A DNA stretch of 64,000 bases from Elusimicrobiota bacterium. Lineage in GTDB: Bacteria > CAYTYR01 > UBA6262. A model generated the notes under the pieces. The model ran no database searches and had not been told where the DNA came from. It was given only the letters and a program-made list of their open reading frames with translations. The DNA is taken from positions 67,912 to 131,911 of the forward strand of contig PMCA01000011.1 in NCBI GenBank assembly GCA_003153935.1, written 5' to 3'. Every line of letters starts with the position of its first letter. The stretch's first letter is position 1. This document shows, piece after piece, positions 37,589 to 47,661 of this stretch. A program made the translations under genes and the position numbers.

Positions 37589-38473
37589 TTATTCCTGGTG
37601 ATTTTCTCCGGTAACTGCCGGCACCGCCTCTGCGGTAGCATCCTCGTCAACGCCCTCGGATATTGCTTCAGAAGTTTCCTCAATGGTCGGACTCTTTACC
37701 TGTTCTTCCCCATGCCTGTGGCCGATAACTTCTTTGGCCAGTTCGGCATACGCCACCGCCCCCTTAGAATGAGGGTCATACAGCAAAATAGGTTTCCCGT
37801 GGCTGGGAGCTTCCGAGAGCCTGACCGTCCTGGGGATTACTGTGGTATAAACCTTGCTCTTGAGATATTTCCGCACCTCATCCACTACTTGCCCGGATAG
37901 GTTAACCCGTGAATCATACATAGTTAACAAAACCCCTTCCACTTTAAGATCCGGATTCAGGTTCTTCCTGATCAGTTCAATGGTGTTGAGTAGCTGCCCC
38001 AGCCCCTCCAGCGCGTAATATTCGCATTGCATCGGAATTATCACTGAATCAGCAGCGGTTAAACTGTTAACGGTCAATAACCCCAGTGAAGGCGGACAAT
38101 CTATGATTATGTACTTGTATACGCTATTTAGTTTTTCCAGAGCCTTACGCAGGCGGGTTTCACGGGCCAGAACGTTTACTAATTCAATCTCTGCCCCAAT
38201 CAGGTGTATATTTGCGGGAACGACGTCCAGCCAATCGACATCGCTTGGCACAATTGCATCTTCGATGAGGGTTTCTTCTATTAGTACGTTATATATGGTG
38301 CTTTTCAAGTCATTTTTATCAACGCCTACACCAGCGGTGCTATTACCCTGTGGATCCATATCAATCAGTAGTGTTTCCTGTCCCTGCTGCGCAAGGTAGG
38401 CGGATAGATTAATAGCGGTTGTTGTTTTACCTACCCCACCTTTTTGATTGGCTACAGCAATAACCTGGCTCAT
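37589..38473 (-). CDS. parA: Chromosome partition ATPase ParA/Soj
   Basis: NQKGGVGKTTT, DMDPQGN, IDCPPSLG, QCEYYALEG. Confidence 0.96.
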   Translation of the reverse strand: MSQVIAVANQKGGVGKTTTAINLSAYLAQQGQETLLIDMDPQGNSTAGVGVDKNDLKSTIYNVLIEETLIEDAIVPSDVDWLDVVPANIHLIGAEIELVNVLARETRLRKALEKLNSVYKYIIIDCPPSLGLLTVNSLTAADSVIIPMQCEYYALEGLGQLLNTIELIRKNLNPDLKVEGVLLTMYDSRVNLSGQVVDEVRKYLKSKVYTTVIPRTVRLSEAPSHGKPILLYDPHSKGAVAYAELAKEVIGHRHGEEQVKSPTIEETSEAISEGVDEDATAEAVPAVTGENHQE

Positions 38474-38553
38474 TACCACCCCTGTAAATTACTCTGATCG
38501 ATTCGTGTTCATTTTAACAAACACCAATAAATAATGCAAGCAAAATTTTATGC

Positions 38554-39489
38554 TTACCGCTCTTTTATGTACCTATACCATTGATCCTGGAAATCATCCA
38601 GGCTTTTAAACTGGTTTTTGTAGGTGCTCAGTAGTGCCTTCTCCACATTGTCTTCTTTTTTTAAACTTAGGCAGAATTCGTTAAATTTAGCCCTCCCCAG
38701 CTTATGTATCATAAATTCAACAGTACTAAGAGATTGCGCGTACCACAGGTTGATCATGGTCGTCTTGCCTTGCTTCAAAATATCCGCCTTAATAAGCTCT
38801 CTGAAAGGAAAGTATCCACCATTTCTTAACTCCGTCATCCTATTTTCCAGGCTGATGATAAGACTACTATGAACTACTTTGCGTTCTTCATAGGTAGCTA
38901 GCCCTTCGGACAACCACCTCATGGTTATTGGGTCGTATTGCCTACCCATATAATTATACAGCAACATATGTGTTATCTCATGAGGTATCAGGCCAGTTAA
39001 GTTCACCCCTTCAAATGAATAGAAGCTATTCTTATTATAGATGGCCCTGCCCACTGACCACATGGGTTGTCTGATCTTTGACCTGTATTCGTCCTCGTTC
39101 TTAAATATAAATATCTTTATCTTTTTATTGGCCTGAATTTTGAAACTAAGATCTTCGATTATTCTATCATAGACACCCTCAATAGAATCTCCTATGTCTT
39201 CGCAAACTTCATTATTATGGGCATATATCTTGAAGTGGTCGGTTTCCTTACTGCAATAGCTTGCCTCGCTGATCTCCGGGACTTCCATCCCAAAGTTAGA
39301 ATCCACATTGAATTCCGCGTGTTTCTCCAACTCATACAGAATCCTCATCTGATCCATGATCTCCATATTCTGGGCTTGCATTTCCTTTATGCGGTTGTTA
39401 AGGTAGGCTATATGGCCAATATAAACCAATAGAATGCTTACTAAAACTATGAGCAGTAGGATTTTGACCCGTTCTTTACGTGATTTCAT
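38554..39489 (-). CDS. Membrane-anchored peptidase MA-like zinc metallopeptidase
   Basis: TM; HEITH...WLSEGLATY; start moved to ATG 39489 (SD AGGAG) because the longer ORF runs through parS sites. Confidence 0.75.
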   Translation of the reverse strand: MKSRKERVKILLLIVLVSILLVYIGHIAYLNNRIKEMQAQNMEIMDQMRILYELEKHAEFNVDSNFGMEVPEISEASYCSKETDHFKIYAHNNEVCEDIGDSIEGVYDRIIEDLSFKIQANKKIKIFIFKNEDEYRSKIRQPMWSVGRAIYNKNSFYSFEGVNLTGLIPHEITHMLLYNYMGRQYDPITMRWLSEGLATYEERKVVHSSLIISLENRMTELRNGGYFPFRELIKADILKQGKTTMINLWYAQSLSTVEFMIHKLGRAKFNEFCLSLKKEDNVEKALLSTYKNQFKSLDDFQDQWYRYIKER

Positions 39490-39505
39490 TATGGCTCCTA
39501 TAGTT

Positions 39506-39521
39506 TGTTGCACGTGAAACA
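39506..39521. promoter_or_regulatory. parS: parS site (1 mismatch)
   Basis: TGTTGCACGTGAAACA vs consensus TGTTTCACGTGAAACA. Confidence 0.85.
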
Positions 39522-39538
39522 TGGCTTTTAGCACATAT

Positions 39539-39554
39539 TGTTTCACGTGAAACT
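39539..39554. promoter_or_regulatory. parS: parS site (1 mismatch)
   Basis: TGTTTCACGTGAAACT. Confidence 0.85.
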
Positions 39555-39581
39555 ATGATTTGCACTTAGAACAGCCAAAAA

Positions 39582-39597
39582 TGTTTCACGTGAAACA
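39582..39597. promoter_or_regulatory. parS: parS site (perfect)
   Basis: TGTTTCACGTGAAACA inside longer palindrome GCCAAAAA...TTTTTGGC. Confidence 0.93.
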
Positions 39598-39606
39598 TTT
39601 TTTGGC

Positions 39607-40332
39607 TTATAATGGCCTTTTTTGTGGAATCCCTGACTTTCTTGGATACTTTTGAGGGGTGGACTGCTTTTTTCTAATGAAAATGAAGGTCCGTATAAAA
39701 TCCTTTATACCAATCTCTATGAACCTTTCTTCCTCTCCTCCCAACTCTATTATAGCTTGCCTAGCTCCTTCCAGCTCTTGTTTTCCTTTAGGTCCTTTGT
39801 AAGCAACAAAATATCCATCAGACTTAATAAAAGGTAACGCTAACTCAACCAATGTATTCATCTCGGCTACTGCCCGGCTAACTACTATATCAAACTTCTC
39901 CCTGTACACTGGATGGTGAGCATATTCCTCTGATCTACCCCAAATTACGCTTACTTTGTCCAACATTAGCTTTTCAACTATTTCCTGAAGAAATTCTGTT
40001 TTCTTCTTGGTCGCCTCTATTATAACCAGCTGAAGATCAGGAAAGACTATCTTTATCGGTATCCCGGGGAATCCAGCTCCTGAACCTATATCAAGCAGCG
40101 TAATATCCTTACTCCCAGATATAGTTTCTTTAAATTGTTGGTGCACCGCTAAGGAGTCTATAAAGTGCTTCCATATAATTTCTTCGGTTTCGCTATTGGA
40201 AATAAGATTAAATTGGCTGTTCCTTTCCTGTAAAAGACCTAAATAGTCCATGAACGCTCTTTCCTGTTCATTTGTTAGGCTCAAGCCTATAGACTTTATT
40301 GCCTCCCTAAGCATTTCCTGCTCTGTTCCCAT
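39607..40332 (-). CDS. rsmG: 16S rRNA m7G527 methyltransferase RsmG (GidB)
   Basis: KHFIDSL, DIGSGAGFPGIP, SRAVA, TPQKYPRKSGIP. Confidence 0.95.
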   Translation of the reverse strand: MGTEQEMLREAIKSIGLSLTNEQERAFMDYLGLLQERNSQFNLISNSETEEIIWKHFIDSLAVHQQFKETISGSKDITLLDIGSGAGFPGIPIKIVFPDLQLVIIEATKKKTEFLQEIVEKLMLDKVSVIWGRSEEYAHHPVYREKFDIVVSRAVAEMNTLVELALPFIKSDGYFVAYKGPKGKQELEGARQAIIELGGEEERFIEIGIKDFIRTFIFIRKKQSTPQKYPRKSGIPQKRPL

Positions 40333-40349
40333 TGAAATTACCCCAAAAA

Positions 40350-40365
40350 TGTTTCACGTGAAACA
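40350..40365. promoter_or_regulatory. parS: parS site (perfect)
   Basis: AAAAA TGTTTCACGTGAAACA TTTTT. Confidence 0.93.
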
Positions 40366-40376
40366 TTTTTTACCCA

Positions 40377-41276
40377 TTATTTGAATATTTGGCCTATAAA
40401 CCTCTTGAATCTTGCCTTCCTGATAGTTTCTTTGATCTGCTCAAGCTTTGACCATACTGCCCTTTCCCCTCTTTTGGCGCAATAGTCAATTCTCTTAAAA
40501 TTAGCCCAGTGAATATTACCTACTGCCGGGTTTATTACTATATCCGCGGCTAACAGGTTAAGATCGTTCAGCTTAGTACCAGTTATATAGTTGGCCCTGG
40601 ATATAACCTCCAGGCCATTATCGAGTTTGTCTAGATATCGCTTCCTGCTCTTTACATTTACCGCAATGACTATATCTGCCCCAAGCTTGCGACACCCGTT
40701 AATGGGACACTCGCTTACTGAACCGCCATCTGCTATCAGGTCCCCGTTCCATTCCACAGGAGGCAATATCCCTGGGATACTGGCACTGCCAAGTACAGCC
40801 TTTCTTAATGGGCCGTCTTCTATGACGATTTCTTCACCTTTGAAAAGATTGGTTGCAGTGGCGGCAAAGGGAATGCCCAGCTTTCTTATCTCTATATCGG
40901 GTAGTAATTCATTAATGACGTTTTCTATCCTATCCTTCGAAATTACGCTCAACCTGGTTTTAATGATCGTGCTTAAATACGCTCTCTTTATGAAACCGCT
41001 AAACTTATATAAAAGACCTTCCCGGTCTTTCTCCTTATTCAGGTCAAACATTAATGCCCGGAATGATCCGGTCTCTACGCAAGCTCTAACCTTAGTCATA
41101 ACAGTGTTAATATCAGGATTATACGCGTACAGAGCCCCGATTATTGCCCCCATGCTTGTACCGGAAATTACATCTATGGGAATCTTTTCCTCCTCAAGAA
41201 CCTGCAGTACTCCAAGGTGTGCAAGCCCCCTGGCCCCTCCTCCGCCCAAAGCCAACCCAACTTTTACCTTTGCCAT
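40377..41276 (-). CDS. Patatin-like phospholipase (RssA/NTE family)
   Basis: LGGGGARG, GTSMG, DGG. Confidence 0.9.
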   Translation of the reverse strand: MAKVKVGLALGGGGARGLAHLGVLQVLEEEKIPIDVISGTSMGAIIGALYAYNPDINTVMTKVRACVETGSFRALMFDLNKEKDREGLLYKFSGFIKRAYLSTIIKTRLSVISKDRIENVINELLPDIEIRKLGIPFAATATNLFKGEEIVIEDGPLRKAVLGSASIPGILPPVEWNGDLIADGGSVSECPINGCRKLGADIVIAVNVKSRKRYLDKLDNGLEVISRANYITGTKLNDLNLLAADIVINPAVGNIHWANFKRIDYCAKRGERAVWSKLEQIKETIRKARFKRFIGQIFK

Positions 41277-41303
41277 ATTGCCTCCTGATATTTCAAGCGC
41301 AAA

Positions 41304-42710
41304 TCATTTGCCAATACAGAACCTGGAAAATATTATATTTAATACGTCCTCGCCTATACGTTCCCCGGTTATTTCTCCCAAGTTTTCAATACTCGCTCTT
41401 AAGTTCGGGGCTATAAACTCCTCCCCTGCATCCCTGCCGGCATCAATTAATGCTTCTGCAAGGCGTTTAATTGCCTGTTTCAGCGCCAAAAAGTGTCTTT
41501 GGCTGGTAATGATGCTGTTTTCCGGTAAACCACCACCTACCCGGCTTTTTAGCGCTTGTTTGATTATCGCCTGTTCCAGGGCGCCCAGTCCTGTGCCTTT
41601 TAATGCACTGAACCCTATGGCTTTATCAACGCCAAGAGCCTTGAGCTCAGGCCCTTTTATCACGGCGGGGAGATCTCTCTTGTTCAAGATGGCTATATAA
41701 TTTTTACCTATAAGCTTTGGGCCTATGGCTTTGTCTTCTTTTGACAGCGGCCTATTACCGTCGACAACCCAGAGCAATATATCCGCTTTCTCTATCGCTC
41801 TTTTGGTTCTCTCCTGGCCAATCTTTTCTATTTTATTGTTTGAGCTTCTTAGTCCAGCCGTATCCATCAGCCGTATCAGATGCCCTTTTATACTAATTAC
41901 ATCCTCTACTATATCCCTGGTGGTTCCAGGCAGCTCCGTAACGATGGCCTTTTCTTCTCTCAACAGGCAATTAAGCAGGCTGGATTTGCCCACATTTGGC
42001 TTGCCGATAATAGCGACTCGTATCCCCTCTTTAATTATCTTGCCCTTATCATACGTTTCAATTAGCTTTTCTAATTCCGCCTTGTTGTTTTTTATGCGGG
42101 TTACCACTTCATTTCTCGTCATGGTTTCCAGTTTTTCTTCCGCATAATCTATATTTGCCTCCATTTGCGCCAATATTTCCGTTAAATCGCCCTTTACTTC
42201 TTTTATCTTGTTAGATAATTTCCCCTCTAGCTGCTCCAGCCCTATTTTTAGCGCGGCCTCCGTCTTGGCAGATATAATATCGGCTACGGCCTCCGCCTGG
42301 CTCAGGTCAATTCTACCGTTCAGGAATGCTCTTTTGGTGAATTCACCTGGTTCGGCCAGCCTGGATCCGGCCGCGGTTATCGCCCCGAGTATGCTTTTTA
42401 AGATCAGGGACCCGCCATGGCCATAGAGCTCTACTGTTTCTTCCCGGGTATAAGAATGAGGCGCGCGCATGATGACCGCTAAGACCGCTTCGCCAGCGGC
42501 CGCGCCCTTATTTATCTTACCGTAATATAATTTATGTGTAGCCATATTGGCCACAGATATTCTGTCGGTGGTTTCAAATATTTGCGCCAATATTTTAGGC
42601 GCTTCGGGGCCGCTGATCCTGATCACGCCCAGCCCGCCGCTGCCAGAAGGCGTGGCAATGGCCGCGATAGTGTCCGACAGGTAAGTTATAGCCTTTGGTG
42701 TTTTCTTCAT
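41304..42710 (-). CDS. mnmE: tRNA modification GTPase MnmE
   Basis: DTIAAIAT, GEFTKRAFLNGR, GKPNVGKSS, GTTRD, DTAG, FSRFCIGK. Confidence 0.96.
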   Translation of the reverse strand: MKKTPKAITYLSDTIAAIATPSGSGGLGVIRISGPEAPKILAQIFETTDRISVANMATHKLYYGKINKGAAAGEAVLAVIMRAPHSYTREETVELYGHGGSLILKSILGAITAAGSRLAEPGEFTKRAFLNGRIDLSQAEAVADIISAKTEAALKIGLEQLEGKLSNKIKEVKGDLTEILAQMEANIDYAEEKLETMTRNEVVTRIKNNKAELEKLIETYDKGKIIKEGIRVAIIGKPNVGKSSLLNCLLREEKAIVTELPGTTRDIVEDVISIKGHLIRLMDTAGLRSSNNKIEKIGQERTKRAIEKADILLWVVDGNRPLSKEDKAIGPKLIGKNYIAILNKRDLPAVIKGPELKALGVDKAIGFSALKGTGLGALEQAIIKQALKSRVGGGLPENSIITSQRHFLALKQAIKRLAEALIDAGRDAGEEFIAPNLRASIENLGEITGERIGEDVLNIIFSRFCIGK

Positions 42711-42749
42711 TAGTAAAATATCTTATACCAAATATGCCTTAAAAGCAAT

Positions 42750-42783
42750 AAAAAAACCCTTGCAGCATATTCTGCCGCAAGGG
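42750..42783 (-). terminator. Rho-independent terminator after jag
   Basis: CCCTTGCGGC...GCTGCAAGGG then T7 on minus strand. Confidence 0.75.
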
Positions 42784-42810
42784 CCATTTATATATGGTCC
42801 CTGACTATTT

Positions 42811-43485
42811 TTAGTCAGGTATGATAACGATCCTTCTAAAGGCGCCTTCCCCTTCGCTCTCTGTGCGCACCCCGGTGGTTTCTTTTAAGGCCAGGTGCAC
42901 TATTCTCCTGTCATGCGCGCTCATCGGCTCCAGGACATCCTTGGCGCCGGACAGGCGTACTTTTTCCGCCCGGCTAAGAGCCAGTTTTATTAAAGCCTCT
43001 TCACGACGGCCACGGTACCCTTCGGTGTCTACCACTATCTTATATTTATCTTCAATAGCTACGTCTTTAACCAGTCCGGCCTTGATCATCCGGTTAGCCA
43101 TCAGGTTAACAATATACTGCAGAGCTTCCAGGGTCTGCCCTTTCTTCCCTATCAGCAGCGCGCTGTCGAGGCTTTCTATGCTGATAACAATATGCTCCGG
43201 CTTATGTTCAATGCAGGTGTCTCCGTCTATTTCCATCTTGGTTAATATATTATTAACGATTTCGCGCGCCTTGATCGCCAGTTCGCCGCCACCCGCCTTA
43301 ATTTCTTCCGTTTCTTTCATTATAACCTTCACTCGGGCCGGCGCTCCACCCATCAAGCCGAATAATCCCGCCTTGCCCTCGTCAATGATTTTTACCTCTA
43401 CATCGTCCTGCTTGGCTTTTAGTTCGGTTAAAGCTTTTTGTATTGCTTCCTCTACGGTTTTCCCTTCTACTTCGATCTCTTTCAT
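42811..43485 (-). CDS. jag: RNA-binding protein Jag/EloR (KhpB)
   Basis: EGKTVEEAI, LIGKKGQTLEALQ (KH), RRIVH (R3H). Confidence 0.93.
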   Translation of the reverse strand: MKEIEVEGKTVEEAIQKALTELKAKQDDVEVKIIDEGKAGLFGLMGGAPARVKVIMKETEEIKAGGGELAIKAREIVNNILTKMEIDGDTCIEHKPEHIVISIESLDSALLIGKKGQTLEALQYIVNLMANRMIKAGLVKDVAIEDKYKIVVDTEGYRGRREEALIKLALSRAEKVRLSGAKDVLEPMSAHDRRIVHLALKETTGVRTESEGEGAFRRIVIIPD

Positions 43486-43509
43486 TTTAACCGCTCCTCG
43501 TATGCCTGC

Positions 43510-45072
43510 TTATTTTACCACTTCAACTTTGGCTTCCCGCTTATGGATAAAAAGGTACTGCCCAGCCATGGAAACAATACTGTTGATGAACCAGTATAAA
43601 ACCAGGCCGCTGGGCACGTTCCAAAAGAAAAACGTAAAAATTATCGGCATAAACATTACCATCTTGGCCTGCTGAGGATCCACGTTGGACATCTTCTGTT
43701 GCAGCAGCATGGAAATACCCATCACCAGTGGCAGGATGTTTATATTAATACCGGCAATAGCCGTCACTGTATCCGGCAGAGACAAGTCTTTTATCCAGAA
43801 AATAAAGGGGGCTTGACGCAGCTCAATCGTATATCTAATGGTGTTATATAAGGCGAACAGGATGGGCATTTGCAGCAGCATCGGCAGACAGCCGCCAAAG
43901 GGATTGACTTTATGCGCCTTATACAGGTTCATTATCTCTATATTTAGTCTTTTGGCGTCATCTTTATACTTTTCCTGCAATTGCTTCATTAAGGGTTGCA
44001 CACGCTGCATTTCTTTCATGGAGCGATAGCTCTTTAAAGTCAGGGGCAGCAATATTATCTGCAGGATCAGGGTCAATATTACTATCGCCCAGCCATAATT
44101 GTGCACCATACCGTTAATGCCGTTAAGCACGTAATAGCAGAGCTTTTCACTGGGGCCAAAGCCGACGATACGTTCCAGATTGGGTGCTATTGTCTTCAGG
44201 GTCTTATATTCCTTAGGGCCGATATACAGGTCAACCGCATCTTTCTTGGTTTCTCCCGGCGCCAGGATGTATTCTTTTTGCACTAGTCCGACGCTAATCT
44301 TTTTGTCCTGGTTTTTATCGCTTACCACACCCTCGAAAATAGTTTGCGCGGGTAACAAGGTCGCGGCAAAATACTGGCTGCTCAAGGTGACCCAGGAAAC
44401 CACGCCATTCTGCCCGGCGGGTTTTACGCCTTTTTGGAATTTCCCGTCGATCCAGGCCTCGGCATTATTGGTTTCGGCTTTGCTATTTAAGGGGTTTAGT
44501 CCCGGGCCCCAGCTTAAAGTATATCCCGGGATTTTGATGGGAGCGTTCCCTTTATTCTGAAAAATAGCGACGGTGCTGTGTAAATAACCTTCGCCCTTGA
44601 AAATATATTGCCTGGTGATCTCCAAGCCATTGGCTAATTGGATAGTCAGGGACAGGGTCTTGGTTTCGCCAGCTGAGACCTGCAGGCTTTCCTGGCCCGT
44701 ATTATATTCCATCTCTGACAAGAATGGTTCCTGGCCAGTCAGTAAAGCCAGCGGTTTTTTCCCATTCAAAGTGTTGCTGGAGATCATGGTCAGCCATTTA
44801 TTATCTTTATCTTTGATCTGCCAGCTCAGCAGGGAAGCTCCTCTGGTGCTGATGGCGACCTTATTATTAGGAGTGTCAATTAAGATTGTTTTTTCACCGG
44901 TATTTTTAGGCGTAACCGGGGTACTGATAGCCTCGGGGGCGAGATTGGAGCTGGTCGCGGTCGCGGCAGGCGTCTTGGTGGCAGGGGGCGGTGTGCCAGC
45001 GGGCATTAAATACATAAAGGTCACGATAACCAGCATTGATAAAAACGTTGCTATTAAAGCTCTTTTTTCCAT
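43510..45072 (-). CDS. yidC: Membrane insertase YidC (long, periplasmic-domain form)
   Basis: MEKRALIA, YIGPK, NYGWAIV, NPFGGCLPMLLQMPI, PSGLVLYW. Confidence 0.95.
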   Translation of the reverse strand: MEKRALIATFLSMLVIVTFMYLMPAGTPPPATKTPAATATSSNLAPEAISTPVTPKNTGEKTILIDTPNNKVAISTRGASLLSWQIKDKDNKWLTMISSNTLNGKKPLALLTGQEPFLSEMEYNTGQESLQVSAGETKTLSLTIQLANGLEITRQYIFKGEGYLHSTVAIFQNKGNAPIKIPGYTLSWGPGLNPLNSKAETNNAEAWIDGKFQKGVKPAGQNGVVSWVTLSSQYFAATLLPAQTIFEGVVSDKNQDKKISVGLVQKEYILAPGETKKDAVDLYIGPKEYKTLKTIAPNLERIVGFGPSEKLCYYVLNGINGMVHNYGWAIVILTLILQIILLPLTLKSYRSMKEMQRVQPLMKQLQEKYKDDAKRLNIEIMNLYKAHKVNPFGGCLPMLLQMPILFALYNTIRYTIELRQAPFIFWIKDLSLPDTVTAIAGININILPLVMGISMLLQQKMSNVDPQQAKMVMFMPIIFTFFFWNVPSGLVLYWFINSIVSMAGQYLFIHKREAKVEVVK

Positions 45073-45083
45073 TTTTTTTCCTT

Positions 45084-45296
45084 TTATTTTACTGGATCAT
45101 GACCACCTGGATGAAAAGGGTGGCATTTCAGGATCCGTTTCACCCCTAAAAAACAACCTCGGGCGACCCCGTATTTTTCCACCGCCTCCAGGCAATATTG
45201 CGAGCAGGAAGGGGTGAACCGGCACGCTCGAGGGAAAAAGCGAGAAAAAGCTTGATATATCTTAATTAGGGCAATAACTGTTTTTCTGGCTAGCAT
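45084..45296 (-). CDS. yidD: Membrane protein insertion efficiency factor YidD
   Basis: [10 protein letters not shown]...[16 protein letters not shown]; start may instead be 45323. Confidence 0.92.
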   Translation of the reverse strand: MLARKTVIALIKIYQAFSRFFPRACRFTPSCSQYCLEAVEKYGVARGCFLGVKRILKCHPFHPGGHDPVK

Positions 45297-45298
45297 GC

Positions 45299-45658
45299 TT
45301 ATATTAGATGCGCTTTCTGGCAAAGGTCGATAAATGCCGGCTGGAGCATGGCTCCGGTAATTTTCCGCGCCGCCGGTTTCAGGACTAAAACTATCAGGGT
45401 GGGACTTTTTAGCCGGTGTTTATTCTGCCGGTAGGCCTCACGCAAGACCCGTTTCAGGTAATTTCTCTGAGGGGCCGAGCCAACCTTGCGCGAAGCTACG
45501 ATTCCAAGCTTAGAACCTTCCGGGCCAGGCCCCGGGGCTTTTTTAAAATACATGATAAACCAGGGCGCGCTATAACGCTTGCCTGTATTATATACATCGC
45601 TGAATTCTTTTTTCTTTTTGAGCCGTTCCAGACGGCTTAGGGTAAAAGCAAGGGACAT
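45299..45658 (-). CDS. rnpA: Ribonuclease P protein component
   Basis: [29 protein letters not shown]; lies between rpmH and yidD. Confidence 0.92.
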   Translation of the reverse strand: MSLAFTLSRLERLKKKKEFSDVYNTGKRYSAPWFIMYFKKAPGPGPEGSKLGIVASRKVGSAPQRNYLKRVLREAYRQNKHRLKSPTLIVLVLKPAARKITGAMLQPAFIDLCQKAHLI

Positions 45659-45659
45659 T

Positions 45660-45794
45660 TTATACCGTTAATTTTTTTCTTCCTTTTTGTCGACGAGCTT
45701 TCAGGACCCGGCGTCCGCCGCGGGTTTTCATCCGCTTCCTGAAACCGTGGGTTTTTTTGCGTTTACGATTATTGGGTCTAAATGTAGGTAGCAT
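45660..45794 (-). CDS. rpmH: 50S ribosomal protein L34
   Basis: [52 protein letters not shown]; start at 45794. Confidence 0.96.
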   Translation of the reverse strand: MLPTFRPNNRKRKKTHGFRKRMKTRGGRRVLKARRQKGRKKLTV

Positions 45795-45833
45795 TGTTCC
45801 TCCTAAGAAGTAACTTGCTTTTAACAATGTGCT

Positions 45834-45947
45834 AATATACCCCATTTAGCATTAATTGTCAAGCGATAATCTGCATATTTATGCTCTTTATATGGTTATT
45901 ATTCACATTATTTTTTTCTTGACTTATTATTGCTTTTTTAGTAAAAT
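45834..45947. promoter_or_regulatory. Divergent sigma70 promoters for rpmH and dnaA
   Basis: Minus: TTGACA(45862)-17-TATATT; plus: TTGACT(45919)-17-TAAAAT. Confidence 0.6.
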
Positions 45948-46064
45948 ATGCCTGTGCTGAGAATAGCGCGTTCCATTTACCCTACAATTAGGATTTGGCC
46001 AAAAGCACTACATTATATAGAAAAGAACCAACTTATCCACAATTGTGAATAATTCTGTGGATAA
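45899..46064. promoter_or_regulatory. oriC: oriC upstream part: DnaA box cluster
   Basis: TTATTCACA 45899, TTATCCACA 46033, TGTGAATAA 46044, TGTGGATAA 46056; gene orientation flips here. Confidence 0.85.
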
Positions 46065-46089
46065 CATTTTTTATAGGGGCTCCTTTAGT

Positions 46090-47457
46090 ATGGCAATAAC
46101 TCCGCAAGAAGCTTGGGAATCGACAATAAATGATCTAAAAGGCTCTTTGGAAGAAGAGGTTTTTGATCTGTGGGTAAAGCCTACAAAGTACGTCTCTTTT
46201 GAGGGTGGGGTGCTGAATCTGGAGGTACCTAACAAGTTTTTCCAGGAATGGCTGACAGAACACCTTTTACGGCAAACCGTCGATGTTTTTTCGAAACATA
46301 TCGACGCTGAAACCCAGGTTTCTTTAAAATTTAATATTTCTTCCGCTTACCAGGACCCGGCGGGCCAGATCAAAAAGGAAGCTATTGAGCCTTTGCCGAC
46401 CACTAACACGGAAACAAAGTTCGATGATCCGCGTTTTAATCCAAAATATACTTTTGAGACTTTTGTTATCGGTCCCAGTAACCGTTTTGCCCAGGCGGCC
46501 TCACAAGCTGTGGCCAAAGAGCCCGGTAAAGCTTATAATCCGCTATTTATTTATGGCGGCGTAGGGTTAGGAAAGACCCATTTGTTACACTGTATAGGCC
46601 ATTTTATTAAGACCAATTATCCTAATTTACGCCTTCTATATATCACCAGCGAACATTTCGTTAATGAATTCATCGATTCTATCCGGTATTCCAAGCCAAC
46701 CGAATTCCGGACCAAATACCGCAATGTGGATGTGCTGCTGGTTGACGACGTACAGTTCTTTGGCGGTAAAAATAGTTCCCAGGAAGGGTTTTTTCATACT
46801 TTTAACGCTCTTTATGAAACCCATAAGCAGCTGGTGTTTTCCAGCGACCGGCCGCCTAAAGAGATTCCAGATCTGGAAGAACGGCTCACCTCGCGTTTTG
46901 AATGGGGCCTGGTTACCGATATCCAGCCGCCTGACCTTGAAACCAGGATAGCTATATTGCGCCGTAAGCTGGAAGTGGAGAAGGTTAGCGTTCCGGATGA
47001 TGTCTTAATGTTCATTGCTACCAGGATCAAATCTAATATTCGCGAGTTGGAAGGGGCTTTGATCAGGATCGTAGCCTTTTCCTCTCTTACCGGCAGGCGG
47101 ATTAACCTGGATCTGGCGGAAGAAATCCTGCGGGACCTGGTCCCGGCCAGAGAATTAGAGCCGAACGTGACCATTGAACAAATTCAAAAGGTGGTCGCGC
47201 GCCAGTTCAACATCGACATCCGGGATATGGTAAGCAGAAGAAGAACCGATGCCATCGCTTATCCCCGTCAGATCGCCATGTATTTAGCTCGCAGCCTGAC
47301 TGAGTTGTCTTTGCCTGAGATCGGAGCGGCTTTTGGCGGTCGTGATCATACCACCGTACTGTATGCGTACGAAAAAATCAGCGGGAAGGTCAACACTGAC
47401 CCGTTTTTCGCGGCTTTGATAAATAAGATCATAATGGAGATAAAGAATAAGATATGA
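46090..47457 (+). CDS. dnaA: Chromosomal replication initiator DnaA
   Basis: NPKYTFETFV, YNPLFIYGGVGLGKTHL, DDVQF, RELEGAL, FGGRDHTTV; start moved to ATG 46090, past the DnaA boxes. Confidence 0.97.
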   Translation: MAITPQEAWESTINDLKGSLEEEVFDLWVKPTKYVSFEGGVLNLEVPNKFFQEWLTEHLLRQTVDVFSKHIDAETQVSLKFNISSAYQDPAGQIKKEAIEPLPTTNTETKFDDPRFNPKYTFETFVIGPSNRFAQAASQAVAKEPGKAYNPLFIYGGVGLGKTHLLHCIGHFIKTNYPNLRLLYITSEHFVNEFIDSIRYSKPTEFRTKYRNVDVLLVDDVQFFGGKNSSQEGFFHTFNALYETHKQLVFSSDRPPKEIPDLEERLTSRFEWGLVTDIQPPDLETRIAILRRKLEVEKVSVPDDVLMFIATRIKSNIRELEGALIRIVAFSSLTGRRINLDLAEEILRDLVPARELEPNVTIEQIQKVVARQFNIDIRDMVSRRRTDAIAYPRQIAMYLARSLTELSLPEIGAAFGGRDHTTVLYAYEKISGKVNTDPFFAALINKIIMEIKNKI

Positions 47458-47661
47458 GTAACTTGGCTTTTCTGTTAGTAAGACGGTTTATTTGGTTTTT
47501 TTTCTAACAGTGTTCATAAAACAGGTCTTTATCAACTTTTTAAAACTAATGTCTTTTGTATATTTATCAAAGCTTTTGCCGCTTATCAACATATTTGAGC
47601 GCTTATTAATATTATTGTTACTGCTTTGTATATAAGTTATATATATTAAAAGGAGGAAAGT
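47458..47661. promoter_or_regulatory. oriC downstream part: AT-rich dnaA-dnaN spacer with degenerate DnaA boxes (probable unwinding element)
   Basis: TTATCAACA 47584, TTATCAACT, TTATCAAAG; AT-rich tract before dnaN. Confidence 0.6.

Noticed and set aside
40591..41700. Long plus-strand ORFs (also 42821-43675) and minus-strand 51806-52663
   Set aside because: Antisense shadows of well-supported genes (patatin/mnmE, jag, gyrB) with no recognisable motifs
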